Source of the DNA: Gemmatimonadota bacterium
GTDB taxonomy: Bacteria > Gemmatimonadota > Gemmatimonadetes > Longimicrobiales > Gaopeijiaceae
Length of the DNA stretch: 64,000 nt
NCBI GenBank assembly: GCA_039589315.1
Contig: JBDHHQ010000053.1
Coordinates: 1 to 64,000 of the forward strand
Direction: 5' to 3'
Below the pieces are notes generated by a model. The model ran no database searches. It was not told the origin of the DNA and saw only the letters and a program-made list of their open reading frames with translations. Below, in pieces: positions 18,968-28,327 of this stretch; the stretch's first letter is position 1, and every line of letters begins with the position of its first letter. Made by a program: the position numbers and the translations under genes.

Positions 18968-20143
18968 ATGAGCAACGGACAGGACCGCGCCCTCGAACGA
19001 CTCTCCGCGGCATTCGCGGAACGACGCCTGACCCTCTACCTGGGCGCCGGCGTCTCCGTGGGGAACGGGCTCCCGACGTGGGAGCGGCTAGTCCTGGCCA
19101 TGTACTTCTCGGTCATGAGTCAGCAGCGTTTGGGGTCCTGGCGCCCGTTCGCCAACTACCTCTACGCCATCGCCGAGTGGCAGCTGGGTCAGACCAGCGA
19201 GCCGCTGGAGATTACCGCGCGCAAGCTCCGTAATCTCTACGGGTCCGATGGGGACGGGCGAAACGACCGAGAGGCGTTCCTCCGGGACCTCTGGGAGACC
19301 CTGTGGGCCGGATTCGTCGACGTAGAGGGCCGCCCCTCGGACGAGGTGCATCCCCAGGCCATTCGTGAAGGCAACCCGACGCTCGACGCCGTGGCCAGAC
19401 TCATCGAGGCCGGATCAGCCAGCAGGGGTGTACGGGGTGTCATCACGTACAACTACGACAACCTGGTGGAGCTCGTCCTGGAGGGGGTGCGCCATCAGTC
19501 CATCTACCAGGTCGGTCCGCTGGAGGACGACGCCTTCCCCATCGCCCACGTCCACGGCTTCGTTCCCCTGAGCGGCGAGGGCTCGCTGCCGGACGACATC
19601 GTCTTCACCGAGGACCAATACCACATGGCCGCCCGGGACCCCTATTCGTGGGCCAACCTGGTCCAGATCCAGGCCATGTCGAGCACGGTGGGGCTGATGG
19701 TGGGCCTGTCGCTGTCGGATCGAAACATCCGGCGGCTGCTCGACGCCATCGCCCAGGCCCCCCTGGACTCGGAGAGCTTCATCCTGCTACAGCGTCCCCC
19801 GCGAGATCCGCCGGAACTGGAGGAGCTCTCCGGCATTCATGAGAAGGCCGTCGCCTACCTGGACCGATTCCGTCGCAGCGGCATCAAGGGGGGTGACGAA
19901 GATCGCATCGAGACCACAGGGACACACGTCGGCGTGAAGTCCGCCCAGCCCACCCCCATGTCCAGCTCGGGCGTGAAGGGGCCCATGTACGCGATGCAGA
20001 TCGCGGGGATCCTGGAAGAGATCCGGAAGGTGGACGAGGATCAGCAGACCAAGGTCCTGGGCCAGTTGGGCGTGCACCCCATCTGGTACGACAGCCACGA
20101 CGAGATCCCCGAGATCCTGAGCCGGATCCCCGGCGGGAGTTGA
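18968..20143 (+). CDS. SIR2-like (SIR2_2) domain protein
   Basis: YLGAGVS..GLPTW, ITYNYDNLVE, HVHG, IVFTEDQY, LMVGLSLSDRNIRRLL; start inferred at ATG 18968. Confidence 0.85.
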   Translation: MSNGQDRALERLSAAFAERRLTLYLGAGVSVGNGLPTWERLVLAMYFSVMSQQRLGSWRPFANYLYAIAEWQLGQTSEPLEITARKLRNLYGSDGDGRNDREAFLRDLWETLWAGFVDVEGRPSDEVHPQAIREGNPTLDAVARLIEAGSASRGVRGVITYNYDNLVELVLEGVRHQSIYQVGPLEDDAFPIAHVHGFVPLSGEGSLPDDIVFTEDQYHMAARDPYSWANLVQIQAMSSTVGLMVGLSLSDRNIRRLLDAIAQAPLDSESFILLQRPPRDPPELEELSGIHEKAVAYLDRFRRSGIKGGDEDRIETTGTHVGVKSAQPTPMSSSGVKGPMYAMQIAGILEEIRKVDEDQQTKVLGQLGVHPIWYDSHDEIPEILSRIPGGS

Positions 20144-20241
20144 GCGAGAGAGACGCCCGGCAGGCGGCGCCCCATGGGCTCCATCCCCTCGCGGTCGCTG
20201 CCCGATTGGCTCCAGCCCTCGTCGTAGCCACCTCTGGGCAA

Positions 20242-20823
20242 TCAGTCCTCGGCACGCTCCGGTAGCCGGCCCTCGATCCGGTGGATCGCGTCGCGGATCT
20301 CCGTGAGGAGCTCGACCTCGTCACTCGGCCCGACCGCGGGCAGGGCGGCCGGCGGGGCCTCACCTCCCGCCAGAGCCGCCACCACCTTATCGCGCTGATT
20401 CAGCACCGCTTCGCGGAACGCCTCGGTGTCCACGACTCCGATGAGCTTGATCAGCGCACCCTGCGACGACTGCCCCGCCGTCTCCACCGACAGGGCCCGT
20501 AGATCGTAGTGACGCATGACCGGGCCGTGCACGAGACCGACGTCCGTGATCTTGTCCAGCGGAACTGTCTTCTCGACTCGGACGAACATGCCCTTCGAGA
20601 CCTCGAGGGTGCCCGTCGTCAGCACGCAACGCATGTGCTTCAGGTAGCGGTCCGTCAGGGCGTATCCAAACAGGAACCAGAACGGCAACAGCGGGATGCC
20701 CACGACGGTCGCGAGCAGGATGAGCGCTCCGCTCAGGAGCCAATAGGTGCGGACTCGGGGGTTGAACTCCGCTTCCCAGAGGATGGTCTTGTCACGAGGG
20801 CCCGCCGTCTCTTCGCCTGTCAC
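20242..20823 (-). CDS. Bacterial PH-domain membrane protein
   Basis: N-terminal TM pair, then KGMFVRVEKTVPLDKITDV..GPVMR..SVETAG; GTG start inferred. Confidence 0.8.
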   Translation of the reverse strand: MTGEETAGPRDKTILWEAEFNPRVRTYWLLSGALILLATVVGIPLLPFWFLFGYALTDRYLKHMRCVLTTGTLEVSKGMFVRVEKTVPLDKITDVGLVHGPVMRHYDLRALSVETAGQSSQGALIKLIGVVDTEAFREAVLNQRDKVVAALAGGEAPPAALPAVGPSDEVELLTEIRDAIHRIEGRLPERAED

Positions 20824-21102
20824 CGGATCGCCTGCCTTTCGCCGTTGATTGGGGCGGCGAATGTAGGGGCGAACCCCGCTGACCCCGCAACTCCGTACCC
20901 GCCTACCCGCTCGCTCCCTTGACCGAACGCCCGGCGTCTGGTTCAGCAGTCGACCGAGGATCAGTGCGTCGCGGCGAAGCATGGACCGTCTCGCGGTCTG
21001 AGGTCAGGTGCCCGTATCCTGCGAGACAGCGGCGCGGCCGGAACCGATAGGACCCGGGGTCTGGCGGCGCAGTCGTTCCCCGAGAACCGCAACGAGGGCA
21101 CG

Positions 21103-22125
21103 ATGTCCCGAAGGCGTGACCCCGACTGGCGCGACGCCGAGGCCGGCCAGCTGGTCGTGAGGCACCTGTCCCGCCTCGACCCGTCGGGGACCGCGTTGGT
21201 GATGGAGGATGGGCGGGACGAGGTGGCGAACGGGCTGGCCGCGCGGGGCCTCACCGTGGAACGCTGGTGGCGCCGGTGCCTGGGTGGATGCGCCGCCTCT
21301 GCGTGGCCAACGGCCGGCCCGTTCGATCTGACAGCGCTCCGCCTGCCCAAGGCCAAGGACGAGCTGGAGATGGCGGTCCACGCGGCAGCAGCCGGCCTCG
21401 AGGCCGGTGGCACCCTGCTCGTCTACGGCGCCAAGGACGAAGGCATCAAGTCCGCGGGCCGCCGCATCGAGCCCCTGTTCGGAGCGGTACGGACCCTGGC
21501 CACGGGGGGGCACTGCCGGGTGTTGACCGCGACACGCCCCTCTGAAACGCCCGGGCTCCGAGGACGCCTGGACGAGTGGCGTGTCGAGGTCGCCCTGGAC
21601 CTCGTCGAGCTATCGGGATCATGGGTCAGCTACCCGGGCGTCTTCGCCCACGGCCGGCTGGACGCCGGCACGCGGATGCTGCTGGGTGCCATGCCTCCTC
21701 TCGCTCCCGGCGCTCGGGTATTGGACTTCGGCTGTGGGTCGGGTATCCTCGGGGCCGTATTGGCGGCTCGCACCTCCGACGCCCGGGTGGACTTCCTGGA
21801 CGTAGACGCGGTGGCGCTGGCTGCCGTGGCGGAAAACGTGCCGGGGGCCCGAACCGTCCTGGCTGACGGCATCGCCGACGTGAGCAACGAGGCCTACGAC
21901 GCCATCATCAGCAACCCTCCCTACCATGAGGGCAAGGCCGAGACCACCCGGACGGTGGAGGCGTTCGTGGCCGATGCGCCCCGTGTCTTGGCGCCGGGAG
22001 GCCGGCTCGTTCTGGTCGTCCAACGGCGGCTCACGTTGGAGGCGGCGTTGCGGGCGACCTTCCGGACCGTGCGCATCCTGGACGAGGACGCCCTCTACCG
22101 GATCTGGGAAGGCGTGAAGGGCTGA
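21103..22125 (+). CDS. rsmC: RsmC-like class I SAM methyltransferase (16S m2G1207 family)
   Basis: LRLPKAKDE, PGVFAHGRLDAGTRMLL, LDFGCGSG, IISNPPYH. Confidence 0.75.
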   Translation: MSRRRDPDWRDAEAGQLVVRHLSRLDPSGTALVMEDGRDEVANGLAARGLTVERWWRRCLGGCAASAWPTAGPFDLTALRLPKAKDELEMAVHAAAAGLEAGGTLLVYGAKDEGIKSAGRRIEPLFGAVRTLATGGHCRVLTATRPSETPGLRGRLDEWRVEVALDLVELSGSWVSYPGVFAHGRLDAGTRMLLGAMPPLAPGARVLDFGCGSGILGAVLAARTSDARVDFLDVDAVALAAVAENVPGARTVLADGIADVSNEAYDAIISNPPYHEGKAETTRTVEAFVADAPRVLAPGGRLVLVVQRRLTLEAALRATFRTVRILDEDALYRIWEGVKG

Positions 22126-22257
22126 CCGCCGCGGGCATGGCGTCGGATTCTTGCGTCACGCCTCGACTCGGTGGGAAGTTGGCCGAAGGCCGAAGAGACG
22201 ATCGCGACCGGGCAGGAACGGGGAAGCACACGCGACAAGCCAGGAGCTCGACCCACC

Positions 22258-23448
22258 ATGCACCGACGCACCTTCCTGCAACTGTTCGCCGGAGCCAGCG
22301 TGACGGCGCTGCCGGGCTTCCGGCTTCGGGCCCAAGCGCCTCGCAAGGTCGTGGTGATCGGCAGCGGCATCATCGGCGCGTCCATCGCCTACCACCTGGC
22401 ACGCCGGGGTGCCGAGGTCACGGTGTGCGAGAAGGAAGGCCCGGCGGCGGGAGCCACGTCCAAGTCGTTCGCCTGGATCAACGCCTCGGCCGGTAAGCAG
22501 CCGTACCACTACCACCGGCTCAACCACCTGAGCGCCCTCGCCTACAAGCACCTGGAGCCGGAAGTGGGTGGCTCGTTCCGGGTCAAGTGGGGCGGCAGCG
22601 TCCAGTGGGCTAGCGAGCCGGAGGCCGCCCGTGAGCTCCGCCGCGACGTGGCCGCGCAGCAGACCCGGGGCTACCCGACCCGGCTGATCGATGAGGAGGC
22701 CTTCCGTGCCCTCGAGCCCAACGTCTACCCCTACGGGCCGGTGCTCGCGGCCGCCTACTCCCGAGAGGAGGGCAGCATCGATCCGTCTGCAGTCACCCTC
22801 GGCCTGGTGGAGGCCGGCCGGCGCGAGGGCGTTCGGTTCGAGTACCCGTGTGAGGTCACCGGCCTCGGGCTCCGTTGGGGACGCCTGGAGCGCGTGGAGA
22901 CGACCATGGGAGATCTGGAGGCCGACGCCATCGTGATCGCCGCGGGTGTCGAAACCCCGACGCTGGCCGCGATGGCGGGACTCCGAGTGCCGCTGCGCGA
23001 TTCGCCCGGGCTGCTGGCGCACAGCGCCAAGGCCCCTGACCTGCTCGGGCGGGTGGTGCTCGCTCCCTCCGGCGCGATGAAGCAGAAGCTGGACGGTGGC
23101 CTGGTCCTGTCAGGTGGGTTCAGCGGCGTCGCCGTGCCCCAGGACCCGGAGCCCGTGGCGCAGGAGATCCTGGCACAAGCCCAACTCCTGATCCCCGAGG
23201 CCGAGGGCATCGAGCTCGAGCGATCCACGATCGGGTATCGTCCGCTTCCGGCCGATGGTCATCCGGTCATCGGCTTTGCCGAGGGAGCCCCGGACGTCTA
23301 CCTGGCCGTGATGCACAGCGGCGTCACGCTGTCGCCCCTGGTGGGCCGACTGGCGGCCAGCGAGATCCTGGACGACGTGAGGGTGGAGATGCTGGAGCCG
23401 TACCGGGTGGAGCGGTTCGAGGACGGGGGCGGGGCAGCCTCCGACTAG
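22258..23448 (+). CDS. Tat-exported FAD-dependent oxidoreductase (DAO/glycine oxidase family)
   Basis: MHRRTFLQ Tat signal; VIGSGIIG; ATSKSFAWIN; GYRPLPADG; HSGVTL. Confidence 0.88.
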   Translation: MHRRTFLQLFAGASVTALPGFRLRAQAPRKVVVIGSGIIGASIAYHLARRGAEVTVCEKEGPAAGATSKSFAWINASAGKQPYHYHRLNHLSALAYKHLEPEVGGSFRVKWGGSVQWASEPEAARELRRDVAAQQTRGYPTRLIDEEAFRALEPNVYPYGPVLAAAYSREEGSIDPSAVTLGLVEAGRREGVRFEYPCEVTGLGLRWGRLERVETTMGDLEADAIVIAAGVETPTLAAMAGLRVPLRDSPGLLAHSAKAPDLLGRVVLAPSGAMKQKLDGGLVLSGGFSGVAVPQDPEPVAQEILAQAQLLIPEAEGIELERSTIGYRPLPADGHPVIGFAEGAPDVYLAVMHSGVTLSPLVGRLAASEILDDVRVEMLEPYRVERFEDGGGAASD

Positions 23449-23574
23449 AGCCCGGCGGAGCTGACTGCAGCCTTTCCCGAGTGCGGGTCGCAGCGCCGCG
23501 GCCAGGCACCCCCCCCTGCCTACAACCCGCCTCCTGCGCGCCCGGTGCTCGGACGGTGAAGGGCGGCCCTTCAA

Positions 23575-25125
23575 TCAGAAGACAGCCGGCCGGCCCGAGG
23601 TCCGATCGATGAAACCCGTCAGCGTGTCGCGCCAGATGGGCAGCGACGGCTCGTGCACGTACATCATATGGCCGGCCTCGAAGTCGGCCCGCTGGATGTT
23701 GTCGCGCAGCTCGGGGGGCAACCCCAACTGATCCATCGTCCAGACGGCCGCGAAGTATGGCGTCGCAAGGTCGTAGATCCCGTTGACCAAGAGCACTTCG
23801 AGCTTCGGGTTCCGCTTGATGGCGTTGGCCAGATCCGTTCCCACGTACGTGATCCCCGACTGCCCGAAGCCTAGCTGGCCGTGCTCCCAGTTCCACGGGC
23901 GGACGTCGCCGCTGGGGGTGTACTCCCGCTCGCCATCATAGCCGAGCTCGTCCCTGAGATAGCTGTTGATGGCCGCCGTGTACGCGGCGCTGATGGCCGA
24001 CGACTGAGGATCCTGGAAGGGCCTCTGGCTCAACGGATCACCCGTGTAGCCGGTGAAGCGGGCATCGAGTCGGCCCACCACCTGTCCCTCGTCCCGGAGC
24101 AGCTCCTGCTCGAACTCGGGTGCGGTCACCCGGAGGTTGGCCCGGTCGAGGAAGTCACGGCTGAGTCCCGTGTAGGCCACGAGCTGATCCAGGACCCGGT
24201 TCCTCTCTTCCGCACCCAGCTCCGATCCCTTGAGCAGGGCCGACGCGTAGTCGCCCAGGGCGAACGCCTCGACCTCCTTCATGAACGCGTTCAGATCCGT
24301 CCCCGGATCCGGAATCGCCTCCAGATAGCGCGCCGTCACGGCATACGAGGGCAGATTGACGATGTAGGGGATGTCGTTCCCCGCCGGAAACATGAGCGTG
24401 CTCAGGTCCAGGACGGCGGATACCAGCACGATGCCGTTCAGATCGATGCTCGCCTGCTGCAGGGTGCCGGCCAGGACTGCGGAGCGAAGAGTCCCGTAGC
24501 TCTCGCCCAGCAGGTACTTGGGCGAGTTCCAGCGGTTGTGCTCGCTGAGGAACCGGCGGATGAACTGGGTGATGGAGGCCGCGTCCTCGTCCACGCCCCA
24601 GAAGACGGTCCCCTCCGTCTCACCCAGCGGCCGGCTGAACCCGGTACCGATGGGATCGATCATGACGATGTCGGCGCGGTCCAGCAGCGTGTACGGATTG
24701 CTCTCGAGGGCGTACGGTGCCGGCCCGGCGTTGTCGAGCCCGGGAGTCCTCACGCGTCGTGGGCCCATGACACCCATGTGGAGCCACAGGGACGCGGATC
24801 CGGGTCCTCCGTTGAACGAGAAGATGATGGGACGGCGGCTCGCGTCGTCGACGTCGGTCCGCATGTAGGATGTGTAGAAGAGCTCGCCTGTGGGGTTCTC
24901 CTCGTCGTCCCTCAGGATGATGCTGCCTACGGTCGCGTCGTAGGGGATCGTCGCACCGTCCACGACCACGTCCCCCCCGCTCGCCCAGTGAGACGGTTCG
25001 GGTTCGTCTCCATTCTCCTGCCCCACGACACCGGCAGGCACGAGCGTGGCGAGCGCGAATGGCGCCAAAACGGTCAACGCGACACGCGCGAAGTCGCCGT
25101 GGCCGTGAGGGATGCGCTTCCTCAT
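23575..25125 (-). CDS. Serine carboxypeptidase (S10)
   Basis: FNGGPGSAS, IDPIGTGFS, GESYG, YDLATP, AGHMMY; signal peptide. Confidence 0.92.
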   Translation of the reverse strand: MRKRIPHGHGDFARVALTVLAPFALATLVPAGVVGQENGDEPEPSHWASGGDVVVDGATIPYDATVGSIILRDDEENPTGELFYTSYMRTDVDDASRRPIIFSFNGGPGSASLWLHMGVMGPRRVRTPGLDNAGPAPYALESNPYTLLDRADIVMIDPIGTGFSRPLGETEGTVFWGVDEDAASITQFIRRFLSEHNRWNSPKYLLGESYGTLRSAVLAGTLQQASIDLNGIVLVSAVLDLSTLMFPAGNDIPYIVNLPSYAVTARYLEAIPDPGTDLNAFMKEVEAFALGDYASALLKGSELGAEERNRVLDQLVAYTGLSRDFLDRANLRVTAPEFEQELLRDEGQVVGRLDARFTGYTGDPLSQRPFQDPQSSAISAAYTAAINSYLRDELGYDGEREYTPSGDVRPWNWEHGQLGFGQSGITYVGTDLANAIKRNPKLEVLLVNGIYDLATPYFAAVWTMDQLGLPPELRDNIQRADFEAGHMMYVHEPSLPIWRDTLTGFIDRTSGRPAVF

Positions 25126-25299
25126 GAGTCCTCCTATCGATGACCCGGGCCTGGAGACGGCCTCGTGAGCGAGCGGGGCGTCAAGTTGGATGTTGTGGGC
25201 TCGGCGGGCAATCGGCGCGAGCGTCAGGCCGACGCGGAGGCCGTCGAGGGCCCGGTCGACCGAAGTCCAGGAGACTCCCGCGAACGGTGCGTTACGACC

Positions 25300-25653
25300 T
25301 CAGAGGACTCGCTTCGCGAGGAAGACGAGCAGACCTAGCACGGCCAGACCGAACACGACCCATACGAGAGAGACGTCCGTGACCCCCAGGTCGCCGCCGC
25401 TGCTCCTCAGGAAGAAGATGCCGCCGAGCACCGCCATGACACCCAGCCCCAGGGCCAGGGTCAGGCCTTGGGCCTGGACGCCCACGCCCTTGGCCCGCCC
25501 CACTGCCATGCGCGTGGCCTCTCGGATCTCACCTCCGGTGACCGTAGGGTGCTGCTCCTCATAGTCCCGGATCACCGCCAGGAGGCGATCGGCGAGCTCT
25601 CGCGTCCGTGGGGAGGGCGGACGGGAGCTCGTCCCGATGGGTACGAACGACAC
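25300..25653 (-). CDS. Small membrane protein of unknown function
   Basis: SD AAGGAGG before GTG; soluble N-terminal part and two C-terminal TM helices. Confidence 0.65.
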   Translation of the reverse strand: MSFVPIGTSSRPPSPRTRELADRLLAVIRDYEEQHPTVTGGEIREATRMAVGRAKGVGVQAQGLTLALGLGVMAVLGGIFFLRSSGGDLGVTDVSLVWVVFGLAVLGLLVFLAKRVL

Positions 25654-25779
25654 GAGACCCTCCTTGTTCGTGAAGTGCCAGAGGTACCTGGACGTCCACG
25701 GGTCCGTATACCCGAAGATACGCGACCGGCGGCGTGCGTGTTCACTCGACGCGCGCCGGGCTGATCGGCTTCGCTGGCT

Positions 25780-26793
25780 TTACGGCTCGGGCTCGGGCTC
25801 GGCCGTGCGGACCGCGGGGGGCCGCGGGAACCGGAAGCCGCCGTAGACGGCGTGATGGTCCGACAGGTCCTGGTCGCCCTGCCGAACGAACCGCACCTCG
25901 TTCACGCTCCAGACGGGACGCAGATGGGCCCGTGAATAGAGGATATAGTCGACGTGCTTCCGGGCCGGCGCGTCGAGCATGGAGTTGCTGGCAGCGTCCC
26001 AGGTGGAGAGCTCGTCCGGGCCGCGGACGAGGGGAGGGTGCGTCGCGTCCAGGATCTCCATCATCCGCGTGTACTCGGCGCTCTGGTCGTCCGTGAGAAG
26101 GTCGACGTTCACGTCCCCTCCGATCACCACCGGCTCGTCGGGGGGGATGCGCTGATCCGCCACGAATGCCTGGACGATCTGGAGCTGGCGCTCCCGGACA
26201 GCGGCATGGGACCGATCGGCCTGGGCATGCAGGCCGAACAGGTGGTAGCGGCGCCCGGCCTTGTGGATGCGCGCGTAGACCACACCCTTCTGCGCCAGGC
26301 AGTCCGTCCCAGCGCATGCGTCCCCGAAGAGCCGCTGGTCCTCGTGCCCGATGGGCCAGCGGCTCAGGATCACGACGCCGCCGTCCTGGCGGATGAGGCC
26401 GTCCCGGCCCAGAACCCGGGTTCGGTGCGGGTAGCGGTCGGCCAGCTCGGCTACGAGTCGCTCCCGGTGCCGGTCGCTGAACGCCTCCTGGAGGACGATG
26501 GCGTCATAGCCGTCCAGCTGGTCGTCCAGGAGGGCCACACGCTCGTCGTGGGCGTCCCGGAACACGAACAGGGGCGCCCGCATGAAGACGTTGTACGTGA
26601 GGAGGTGGAAGGCGTCGGGGTCGTCGTCGATCCACTCCCCGACCTGTCCCGCCACGGGCCGGGCGAGGAGCGCACACCCGGCGACGAGGGCGCCCCCGGC
26701 GACCAGCCCCGACCAGACGAGGCGCATCCTGGCCGCACCGGCCGAAGATCGCCGCCCGCCGGCGTGTTTGGCTCGTGCTTGCGCGATCGTCAT
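25780..26793 (-). CDS. Secreted sphingomyelinase C-like EEP phosphodiesterase
   Basis: LTYNV, LQEAF, DGGVVILSRWPI, LAQKG, GGDVN, DYI, LSDHHAV; SD GGAGG before ATG 26793. Confidence 0.85.
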   Translation of the reverse strand: MTIAQARAKHAGGRRSSAGAARMRLVWSGLVAGGALVAGCALLARPVAGQVGEWIDDDPDAFHLLTYNVFMRAPLFVFRDAHDERVALLDDQLDGYDAIVLQEAFSDRHRERLVAELADRYPHRTRVLGRDGLIRQDGGVVILSRWPIGHEDQRLFGDACAGTDCLAQKGVVYARIHKAGRRYHLFGLHAQADRSHAAVRERQLQIVQAFVADQRIPPDEPVVIGGDVNVDLLTDDQSAEYTRMMEILDATHPPLVRGPDELSTWDAASNSMLDAPARKHVDYILYSRAHLRPVWSVNEVRFVRQGDQDLSDHHAVYGGFRFPRPPAVRTAEPEPEP

Positions 26794-26824
26794 CTGACCT
26801 CCGGGGCCCGACCGTTCACGTCCA

Positions 26825-28327
26825 TCAACCCACCTGCGCTGGAGCCCCGTCGCGGGTGCGGGGCTCGTCCCGCCCTCCCGCCACGCGCTTGATCCCGAGA
26901 CCTGTCCGGCCATACGCAGCCGCCCAGAACAGCGAAAAGAAGGAGCCCGTGTAGCAGAAGGTCGCCCAGGGCAGGTACTCCAGCGTGGGCACTCCGAGTG
27001 TCGTCGCCATGAAGAGGCCCGTCACGGTCCACGGCATGAGGGGCTCGACGATGGTAACCGAATCCTCCAGGGAGCGGGACAGGTTCACGGGCGCCAGGTC
27101 CCGCTCGTCGTACGCCTTCTGGAACAGCCCGCCGATGATGAGGGCGGTAACACCGGCGTGGCTGGTCAGCGAGATCATGACGGCTCCGGCGGCCATGGTG
27201 GTGGCAATGAGCCCGCCCACCGAGCGCACCGCAGCCAGCATGGAGGACAGCAGGGCATCCAGGGCGCCGGACACGTCCATGGCCCCCGCCAGGAGGAATG
27301 CCGCGATGATGACCAGCAACGTGTCCACCATGGAGTAGAGCCCACCCCGTTGCAACAGCTCCCTGAACGTGTCGCTGAACGCACCGACGTCGAGGCCCAG
27401 GGTGGTGACCATGTCCATCTGGAAGCCACTCACGGCGGCGCCCAGCGCGTCGATCAGCCCGAACCCCTGCACCAGAACACCCACCACCAGGGCCAGGGCC
27501 GAAGAGGCGGCGATGGTGAGGACGGCCGGGTACTTCCGCACGATGCCCGCCACGACCACCAGGGGTGGCAAGAGCGCCCACGGGCTCAGCCGGTAAACGG
27601 TATCGATCTCGCCCAGGAGGCGGGTGGCGCTGTCGGGCATGGTGGCGCCTGCCGGGGCCAGGCTGCCCCCCGCCACGGTGTAGACTACCAGCGCCAACGC
27701 GAACGAGGGGACCGCCGTCCAGGTCATGTGGCGGATGTGGGCGTAGAGGTCGGCTCCGGCCGCCAGCGCGCTGATGTTCGTGGTGTCCGACAGGGGCGAC
27801 ATCTTGTCGCCGAAGTAGGCGCCGGACACCACGGCCCCCGCGGTGGCAGCCACGGACGCATCCACCGCGATGGCGGTCCCTACCAAGGCGACGCCGATCG
27901 TCCCGGCGGATCCCCACGACGTCCCGGTGGCCAGCGACATGACGGCCGTCACCAGAAAGGCGGTGAGCACCAGGTAGCGAGGGCTCACCAGCTCGATGCC
28001 GTAGTAGATCAGTACGGGTATCGTGCCGCTGAGCACCCACGTGCCGATGAGCATGCCGATGGCCAGCAGGATCAGGATCATGGGCAAGACGGCGGCGATC
28101 TTCTTGGCGGTGGACGCCTCGATGTCGTGCCAGGTGCCCCCCATGCGCACGGCCACCGCCCCGGCCACCGTGGCGGCAACCAGCATGGTCACGACCAAGA
28201 GGTCGATCCCTACTCCCAGGACGGTGCTGCCCAGGAGGAAGACCACCCCCATCACGACCAGGGGGAGGGCCGCCACAGGTAGGGAGACCCGTCCGGTGGG
28301 TGGTCCGGCTCCCGGGGGCGGACTCAC
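26825..28327 (-). CDS. nhaC: NhaC-family transporter (Na+/H+ antiporter or amino-acid transporter)
   Basis: GTWVLSGTIP, GTSWGSAGTIG, SGAYFGDKMSPLSDTTN, NLSRSLED..PW; GTG start overlaps the upstream stop. Confidence 0.88.
   Translation of the reverse strand: MSPPPGAGPPTGRVSLPVAALPLVVMGVVFLLGSTVLGVGIDLLVVTMLVAATVAGAVAVRMGGTWHDIEASTAKKIAAVLPMILILLAIGMLIGTWVLSGTIPVLIYYGIELVSPRYLVLTAFLVTAVMSLATGTSWGSAGTIGVALVGTAIAVDASVAATAGAVVSGAYFGDKMSPLSDTTNISALAAGADLYAHIRHMTWTAVPSFALALVVYTVAGGSLAPAGATMPDSATRLLGEIDTVYRLSPWALLPPLVVVAGIVRKYPAVLTIAASSALALVVGVLVQGFGLIDALGAAVSGFQMDMVTTLGLDVGAFSDTFRELLQRGGLYSMVDTLLVIIAAFLLAGAMDVSGALDALLSSMLAAVRSVGGLIATTMAAGAVMISLTSHAGVTALIIGGLFQKAYDERDLAPVNLSRSLEDSVTIVEPLMPWTVTGLFMATTLGVPTLEYLPWATFCYTGSFFSLFWAAAYGRTGLGIKRVAGGRDEPRTRDGAPAQVG

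Noticed and set aside
14802..20143. Canonical Thoeris (thsA-thsB) call
   Set aside because: The SIR2 protein lacks a recognisable SLOG/Macro domain and is divergently oriented; kept only as an analogy.
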